From assembly GCA_050084515.1 (NCBI GenBank), contig CM114271.1, forward strand, positions 22,940,001 through 23,004,000: DNA of 64,000 nt. The letters are read 5' to 3'. This document shows, in pieces, positions 55,501-64,000 of this stretch (the first letter of the stretch is position 1; every line of letters begins with the position of its first letter). The translations under genes were made by a program, and so were the position numbers. The notes under the pieces are model-generated. The model searched no databases and was not told where the DNA came from. It saw only the letters and a list, made by a program, of their open reading frames with translations. The DNA comes from Blasia pusilla. Its lineage: Eukaryota.

Positions 55501-57000
55501 CTTTGTCTGGAACCCAAGGCAATCAGTTTTCACACTATCAAAAGCTGCCTCTGTTACAACAGGAGATTCACTGTTTGTAGGCATGTAAATACACCCAATA
55601 TACATATCCCGCGAGTTGCACTCTGCTCGGACTTTGACCCATATGCTGTGTTCATACTCGAGCCCTGTGCTGATGATCTCACACCTGTCCACCATGAAGT
55701 CTTTGATGAAGAACTCGACACCCTTCATACCTCTGTTGTTGTCCGCTTGGGTGTTGCACATCTTTCCAAACCATGCATAGTGCGGTACATGGGGTACCTC
55801 CATTAACTTGGTTTCCCAAGTTTCCTGACCACCGCATATATGTATTTGATTTTTCAGCAAAACTTCAGCAACCTCCAGATGCTTCATTGCATGGGTCAGT
55901 CCACAGAAGTTCTAGGTACCCAAACGGAGACCTGTCACTAAGTGGGTTGGGGGTCAGCGGGCACGCTTTTGGCGTATGTGTGGTTGCTTGCAACATGGAA
56001 CCTCTTCATGTGCAGGCTCTTCATCGCTGGTTCCTTGGAGAGCACAAAAGATATTAGGTGTGTAGATCACCAACGGTTTTGTGGAGATGGGCCTTTCCTT
56101 CAAGCTGGAACCACCCTCGACTACCATAGCCCTCCAGTTGTAGGCATGTCTCAATTCTTCAGACACCTGGTTTTTATGGCAAGCCAAGTATTGGTCTCCT
56201 CTGCCCTTGATGGACGCCTTGAAGATACATTAACGGCCATTCATCATCCGAGTAACTCCAGCAGTAGCCATGAATTCAAAGCCCAAAGCTGCGCACATGA
56301 TCTTAAATGAGACGAAGTCTATTGTGGGACGTACACCGAAAATGATCATGTGGACCCGTTGTCTCCTCCTATAGACCAGATTGAACTCTCTGCCCACATC
56401 CGAACTGCAGGGGGCCTTTGATCGTCTCACATAAACATGCCGGTATTCCCCGCCCAGCTTGGGGATGCAGAGCTTTGGTATGCGCCTTTGATAGGTGAAT
56501 TGATACTCCTCACAAGCTTGGGAGGACGGAGATATATTGGGCTCAAGGCCGCTGATTATATGTGGAGGTTTGGCAAACAACTGATTTAGGATCTGGGGAG
56601 AATCTTTAAGCTCCCAGCCCGAGAGTCCAGACAGGGACTCGCTGTCCTATTTGTGCGGAGGGGCTGCCTCCAAGCCCAAAGAGAGCCCGCTTGTTACCCC
56701 CAGAGATCATCACTACCTGCCAAGGTGAACAGTCCTGGCATTAAGCTACAGAGGAGGGCCCCTGAATCCAGCTTCAAAAGAAGGAGAGGTCTCCATTTCT
56801 CCAACTAAGTCCACTAGACACCTTACTTGTGGCACAACCGCCACAAGTCACATGGACTACAGGACACACTAATCCACACCTACCAACCAGGGGAACGACA
56901 TCGCAAGCTCACTACAGGTTCCAACTACAGCAATGGGCAACTCTATAGAGAGTATTGCTATATTGCTTGCCCGCGGTTCACTCATTATAAGCTACCCAGG
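52550..57000 (-). mobile_element. Degenerate non-LTR retrotransposon (APE endonuclease plus RT; RTE/RTEX-like, clade not determined)
   Basis: APE motifs GGQETW, LLGDFNS, SIVDNI, SDHSLV (55887-54592). RT motifs PGNYRGITLL, QAGFR, FLDLKKAYD, QGCPLSPTLF, FAADF (54415-53522). Decayed ORF1-like region ~56800-55950. Stops and frameshifts; ends not defined. Confidence 0.88.
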
Positions 57001-57977
57001 AGTAGTGCTTTAGAACATGTCGTCCCAACATACTAGGCCTGTCGGAACTTGTAGTTTTGGGGTTTAAACCCAACCCAATTCTGAGTAAGAGAGAGAGAGA
57101 GAGACTGTACTCATTAAATAGTGCCTGTCGTAGCCTCGCGACCATAGACCCCGCGCCCTGGTTAGACCGTGCTTGAGACTGGGATGGGTGTAGAGAGAGA
57201 AGCAAGTGAAGAAGGTACCATATGAGAGGAGGGAGACACTCTCATATAGTGAGTGCTGACCAAACAACGGTGCGTAAGAGAGAGAGATAGAGAGAGACGC
57301 TCTGATTCAATCCAAACATTTCAATTTTTGTTTTCAGAAGCCCTCTGATTGCAAGGTCCCACTGCAACAAGCAGAAAATTTGTGGACCCTGTGCTAGATT
57401 AGACACCTTTCAAATAAATGAACAAGTCTAGTTGGACAGTTACGGGATCCATCCCACAAAAAAAGTTTGTGCAGCGGCACTTCCCACTGTGGACTACATC
57501 CATTAAAATTGGAACTTTCGTCTTTGTATTTCCTTTCACTTTTTGGCAGTCACCAACCGGATACAAATGCATGGAAGAGGAGTGATCCACAACCACAAAG
57601 CAGTAGATTTCAACTCCACCTTCTAGGTTTAAAATCCCGAGTCTTCCATATGCTAGACATTTTACACTGCATGATCATGCTATGTCCGATTTCCTTCCTA
57701 TCAAGATTTATAAAAAGAATCTAAGCATGTCAACAACCTTTCTATCTTCATCTAATCTTGATACTTCATATACGGATGACTTTAGAGTTTTAAGCCTGAA
57801 AATAATTGAAATGCCAGAATTCTAGAACTATGATGATAATCTACAGTGGGTGAGACAAAGAAACAGGTTTTCAGTCTCAAGTTACAAATACAAACTGCAC
57901 ACTAAATCCGGAGAAATACTTCAAGAGCAAAACTGAGAAAGCCGCGATTTTAGGTCCGCCATTATGATTCATGTCAC

Positions 57978-60900
57978 TCACAACAATGGTGGCACAAATA
58001 TAGTGGCTAGACCTTTCTCGACTGTGATATCAATTGTGGGGCCATATGCCATAGGATCGTTACTACCGTCACCATATGAGCCTTGTCCTCTTGCGAGCAC
58101 CTCTCCATCTAGGTCAACATAGCCACCCTGCATTCCACCTCCTACTATTCCCCCTGGAGCAAGCCGGAATGCTTTCACCTGATCATTGCATATTTATTAG
58201 CACACAAAATCAGGATAAGCAAAATGGCAAATGCACTAGACATGACTTGAATTTGGGTAATAAACTGTCAGGCCACTGTTGGGCTACATGTGAATCTTTA
58301 GTGACCATTCGATCAAAAAGGGATCTTTGCAGCCATCAAAGGCAGTGACAGCTGGACAAGCCCCACCATTCTAACAAACGGTCCTGATCATGAAAAAGAA
58401 TCAAGTAGAAAGGGATAGGATGCCAAGATGCTATGAGTGCGTGGATGTTAGCAACCAATAAAATTAGACTTCAAATGGCTTTGGGTACAAGTCAGCCTGT
58501 AAACAAATACTTACACTGGTTTTCAGTGTTTTAGACAGACCAAAACACTGAAAACCAGTGTAAGTAGCGTTTCCCGGATTAAATCTTAAAAGCAGCTCAT
58601 TAAGACTTTCAATCCCCATGAAGAACAAAAGACAGCTGACACACAATCTAGAAAATTCATTGAGAAGTTCCAAAAGTGTCACCTTCATATACTGCACATA
58701 TTTCGATTTGATGTGGCCGCCATTCTTCATGCTTAAGAGTATGCCCAGAAGTTTCCATCGTGGACAATCACGGATAATGACCAAGTCAAGATACCCATCA
58801 CAAAACTGCACATTTGCAGACTCGATTCAGAAGCAAGTAGATAGGGGACTCATGATTCTTAGCATGCCTCATAAAGATGTTAACATCTAAGTGTTGGGAG
58901 GAACAGCTACCATGACACAGTCTTCTTTATGAAATACATATGTAGCGGTTTAGAATGTTGATTGCTTTCTAGTTTTACATGCTCCCAACCTTAGCCTTTG
59001 GCCCAGCCATGACATCTTCAGTGGCGTACGGTACGTTTTGGGCCCAGATGTATATGAACGACCCCTCCATTGATCGCCAGTCATTCTGTGCTGGAGATGA
59101 TAATGGTCCATCATAACCCCCTTTCCGCCATGGTCTTTCAGTATCACTACCAGAACTCTTTTCAAGAAGACTAGTTTGCTCAAGCCCTGTCAGTGGTTCT
59201 CCCACTTTCTCAGCTCCAGGAGCTGGAATGTAGGCTAGGCTGCCATTATACTCCCGCAGCCATATAAGACGAACAAACGCCTGCAAGAATATGGACCCAC
59301 AAAATAAAGTCTAATCTTACTCATGCATACTCAAGGGCAGCTTCATGAATTATCTACGGAGGGAATTTTTTTATAACCATAACAAGTGCAGCTTCTCCAT
59401 CATAATAAGTAATAACAGAGACACATGTAAGTGGATAGGCCATCAGAATCAATTCTTCCACATGTTGTTAACTCTCACTCATTGTCAGTCTCCACTAGAA
59501 TTTGACTGATTGAAAACCAGACAAAAAACCTCTCTTCTTTCCAGAAACTTGCATTAACAACATGAAAACCAAAGCATCTAGAAACCACTTCCAAACCTGA
59601 GAACACAACCATGAATTTTTATCTCAGCATTTTCAGCACTTGGAAGGTAGTATTTACTATACTAAAGCAGTTAAATCTTCCAATTGGTATATCAGCAGCC
59701 CAGAGATTAGCAGATTCTTCCGATGAAAGGTTGTCTCAACAAAACAATTGATATGTTCGTAAGGATCTCAACATAGTCACTTAGTAAAATTTCACCTCGT
59801 ATCAATTTTGTCAACAGCTTCAAATGGTGAATAGTATGTTTCGATGGTGAATAGTGTGGTACTTTTCACCGTTTTAAGAAAGTATTCCATAATTCCGTTC
59901 TGAACTCTGACAAAAGAGGAAGCTGAAATTGAAAAGTGAAAGCACCTGACATTAATGCCTGACAATACTTGACATGTTTTGACAAACAATGACTTCTTCA
60001 TTCTCAGGGGAACTTAGACAGGGGAATTCAGATAGTCTTATTCATACTGCACACGGATTAAGGTTATCAATGCCTACTTGTACATCAATCCGTAAGCCAC
60101 CAAGGTGCCTCCATTTCTCTGATTCGAAGTCCACATCACTGACAAATCCTGACCAATGAGTTAAAATCTTATCAGTATTCCATAGGTGAAGTCTTCTGAG
60201 TATCGTGGTGGTTTCCATTCTTGAAACTTCACTTTGAAAGAGTGGAAGATTCAACTGACATCCAACCTTTCATCAATGGTTAAAAAATAAGTTACTGGGT
60301 CCTAACTACAGCCAGTGTATACCCCATGACAGCATCAGGAGGCTGTGAAACTTGGCTTGCCCTTGCACGACGGTAGCAACATCTAGAGCCTGCTTTCCAC
60401 CTGCACAGAAAGTCAATAAGAAGACAAGGTCACAAGGGTATGACTGGTAGGCGCAATAACTTTTTGGAAATATCTACAACACTCTAAATTCAATCTTTCA
60501 GCCCCAGGTCTCTCCAATTCACTTGAGACTTCAACTATCTGTGTGTGAAAACTTCATTGGACTCAAAATTCACGTTTCAAGATCTTGAGGCTGAAACAAG
60601 AAAGGGACAGTAAAAGAGCAAAGCCATGAGGCACCTCGGATAATGGCAAAAGTCGCATTTTCAGCATCAAAATGCTGATTGCCAGCCTCTAAAATCGACT
60701 TTGCCATTCCATTCCCTGTTCCTGATTTGCTAGAAGGAAAACAGAATCGTAAGTGCTGTACAAAACCAAAATAGAGTTTAGATCCACTTTACAACTTCTT
60801 CTTGTTCAGATACCAGCAACAAAAAAAGATTCATGGACCTTCACATAATGCACATAAAATATAATATGATATGGTAGACAATGGCTTGAGGTAGAAACCA

Positions 60901-63422
60901 TGTGCAGCAGCTGGAAGCTTCTGAGGGCATTCATACGGTGAAGAACAGGTGAGGGAACACTGGTGGCATGCGTGTTAGGACATGGTCTTGCCTTTAGGGC
61001 ATGAAACAAAGACATCGACAGATCTTAAAAATTGCAACTCTTTTTGCAAGGCTGGCCAGGTGGTTCATCATCTCATGGACCGAAAGTTGATGTCAGAACA
61101 CATTCTCACGGACTGTAAAGTAATGTTCTGTAGTTTCAACAGATGATGATAGAGGACACCAAGAGAGTAGGAAAATCACCGTTACTTCCTGTTGGCGGCC
61201 TTTCAGATTTTACAAATGACAAATCCATCTGCATAGAGGGGGGGGGCATGAGGTATCCAGGATCAAGCTATAGGAATCTTTGTACCTCACAAAGTTTAAA
61301 GGTGGATGTCTTTGTTTGACGTGCTCTATGAGAGTAGATTCGTTCATAACTGTTAAAAAGACACATGTATACATACACTCGCACCTGCTGGTATGATGCC
61401 AAGGGGCATCTTAATTGCCCGCTCCCAATCTGGTCGTTCCAGAAGCCCATTCAAGACCTGCCCATCATACATGGCCAGAGAAAACTTCTTAGCTGGTCCA
61501 TATGGTTGGATATAACAGGAAACTATGTGATCATTTTCTGATCCACCAACAGCTGTAATTGAGCTAAGAACCAGTTTGCACAAAAATCAGACTATGAGGA
61601 GAGAATTCGTCCAACTGCACGTGGACGGGAGCTTCAACTTTTCAATCTACGGTTCTGTCTTGTTCTACTCTGCACATGCTGTAGCATGAGTTTTCAAATG
61701 AATTGAGACAAGTCCAAAAAGAATCAGTCACGAACTTTAGAGTAGACTATCAGCAAGTTATCCAACATACTGACTAGAATAAGATTGACACAACATGCAA
61801 TTCTGGAGTCACACATGTGATACTTGCACAATTAGCAATACCTCATAGTTAGGGATGATCCATGGAATGCAAAACACATTATGATAGCCTAGTTATGGAA
61901 TTGAAGTAATCAAACAAGTAACTACCACTGATAGTGTGATATTTGTATGAAAAATTCATGATAGAAATACACACCTCTGCAAGAACACCATCCCCACTCA
62001 CACAGACTATCCCGTCGTATTGAGCCAGATCAAATGACTTGGCCAGATCTTTGGCATGGCGTATATATTGGGTTTCTGAATTAAATGTTAATCACAATCA
62101 GACAGTTAGAATACTAAAGTCTCTCATCACCAGACCATCGGGTCCAAGAGGAATGAACATAGAACTTGAGGATGGCCTTCCCTGGCCACCAATTCAGAGT
62201 CCCAAGACTAATGTTGCAAAGAGAACATACTCGTCTTTCTTAAACAGTAGAGAAACACTACTTGGCATTCTTAGGGTGTAATAAGTGATGAATGATCGAC
62301 ATGAGCAAGCAGAGGTCTTTCCTTTAAATTCAATAAGAGATTACCAGAATTTTGCTTGATCAAACTGTTCTCTGGAAGAGTATTTTTGTTGTGTAGGTGC
62401 TAAGTGTATTAAAGACCAATATCAAACTGATACAATTACTCGTATGGAGTACATAAGAAAGTGATAAGCACAACTATAGTTATAGTAGGGTACAGAAGCA
62501 TCTGCATACGAAAGAGATGTATGTGCTACCATGAAAGACTCTCTCCCAGTTGCCAATGACGACACTCTCCTTTCAGATCATGTGATATGGAACATTGCAA
62601 GGTGATGACTCTGCAGACACTTGAACCAAAAGCCACCCAATAGCAAGAGAACAGTTTATCACTTGTGCCATATAAGTCTACTTATGAAGAAAAATTCATT
62701 GCAACTATTTGCTCGCCAAGAGCATTCTAACTACATCGGCCCAGCCGGAGAAGAAAATTCAACATATATTCCTAAGGGCCAGACGAATGCAAATAGTTCT
62801 CGTACCTCGCATAGTGATAACTATCCCAGCGGCTTTCATTAGAGGCTCCACAACCTCCGTGAACACTTTCCTCCCCCGATTTTTGCCACCGAAAGGATTA
62901 ACTAAAATCAGAAGTCGCTTTGGTCTCCCTGTAAAACGATGTTTTTTGAAGGTCAGACGGAAAAGGACAGTCCACAAGGTCGGACTAACTATCGCACAGC
63001 ACAATTTCATAACGTGGACCAAGTAAACTCGATCACCAAGGCCATTAACTTCCCATCCCTTCAGGTTCCCGGAATTGCTCATTAGTTTATAGGAGTAACC
63101 TACCAGAGGCATTAAGCACACGCTGGGTGGCGTTGCTCCACTCTGTGTGCGCATCTCTGTCACTAAACTCCACGTTATAATCCCGCTTGTCCCTGTGGGG
63201 GTGGCCACCACAACATTTCACCTTCGTTTGATGGAAAGTGTGATATACGATAGTGGAAGAATTTGTCGTGAAGCCGATGACATCATTTACAAGATCAATA
63301 GTACCAGAGCTATCTTTATGCCAGCTTGGTTCAACGCTTTCCCATTGAAGCAGCCCCGAAGGAGTGAGAGAAGCATTAACCCTGTATCCCGCAATTACCA
63401 CCTGTTGCTTCAAAACTTCCAT
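57978..63422 (-). CDS. SPHK: Sphingosine / long-chain base kinase (DAGK-like catalytic domain)
   Basis: Exons 63422-63104, 62928-62806, 62075-61975, 61457-61385, 60721-60635, 60400-60323, 60148-60078, 59280-58990, 58805-58683, 58178-57978. Motifs RPKRLLILVNPFGGK, DGIVCVSGDG, LGIIPAGTGNGMAKS, WGFVSDVDFESEKWR, DGYLDLVII, YVDLDGE. Confidence 0.95.
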
Positions 63423-64000
63423 CGTCGGCACAAGTATTTATCTCTACTCCTTAACCACCTTAAATCCAAATACGCAGGCCACAGATCAATGCTGCTCTTC
63501 AAGGCAGGTCACACAACAATGTCCCCAGTTTATATTCGTTTGGCGATTGATTTCTGCGACGATCTTTCGACGCAGGTCGCGTGCGACTATCACCAGTTCC
63601 TTCTGTTTCACAATCGATGTCTACTACAATCTGAAACCGGACCCGACTGAAGAATGTGAAAAAATAGAGATCGGAGCGTCCAAGAAAAGAGAACGAGCTG
63701 GGCAAGATTTCAGCTCCTCCCAGCTTCCCAAGAGCCAATTTGAGCTCCCTTGTAGACTACTTTTGCCAAATCGGAATCGATCACCGGTAAGTTCTTCGAT
63801 AAAACTCCAGTGAAGGTACCAAAAATAACCTCAGGCTTCCATGCTCCCGAACCTACATGCAAGTCGCACTTAAGTGTTACTCCGTGGACACGCGATCTCG
63901 CGCGCTGGCACAACCAGATGCCTGTCCCAATACTTTCTGTCACGTCCCTCGATCTTCACCACAGGACATTCAAGACCGTTCGATTAAACAGAGCGCACTT

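Noticed and set aside
46463-63422. Lipid-metabolism gene cluster (putative amidase plus sphingosine kinase)
   Set aside because: Adjacency only; the first gene's function is inferred, and there are no co-expression or synteny data.

Overview
Intron-rich eukaryotic nuclear DNA. Gene content suggests a non-seed land plant or streptophyte (inference). Four host genes were reconstructed by hand from splice sites and reading frames: (1) a minus-strand multi-domain voltage-gated Cav/Nav-type cation channel that runs off the left edge (repeats I and II complete, repeat III to S4); (2) DPH5 (+); (3) a secreted ~520-aa conserved plant protein (+) with motifs of a circularly permuted NlpC/P60 enzyme; (4) a sphingosine/long-chain-base kinase (-). 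Decayed transposons lie between and inside the genes: two Ty1/copia remnants, an APE-RT LINE, a hAT remnant and Helitron-like termini. The most unusual item is a Ty3/gypsy family (RT-RNaseH-DDE integrase-PHD) present as three copies. Its ends are arranged as split direct repeats (X...Y-X-Y) rather than two ordinary LTRs, and one copy sits inside the terminal repeat of another. Coordinates were read by eye: exon boundaries are frame-checked, TE boundaries are approximate.
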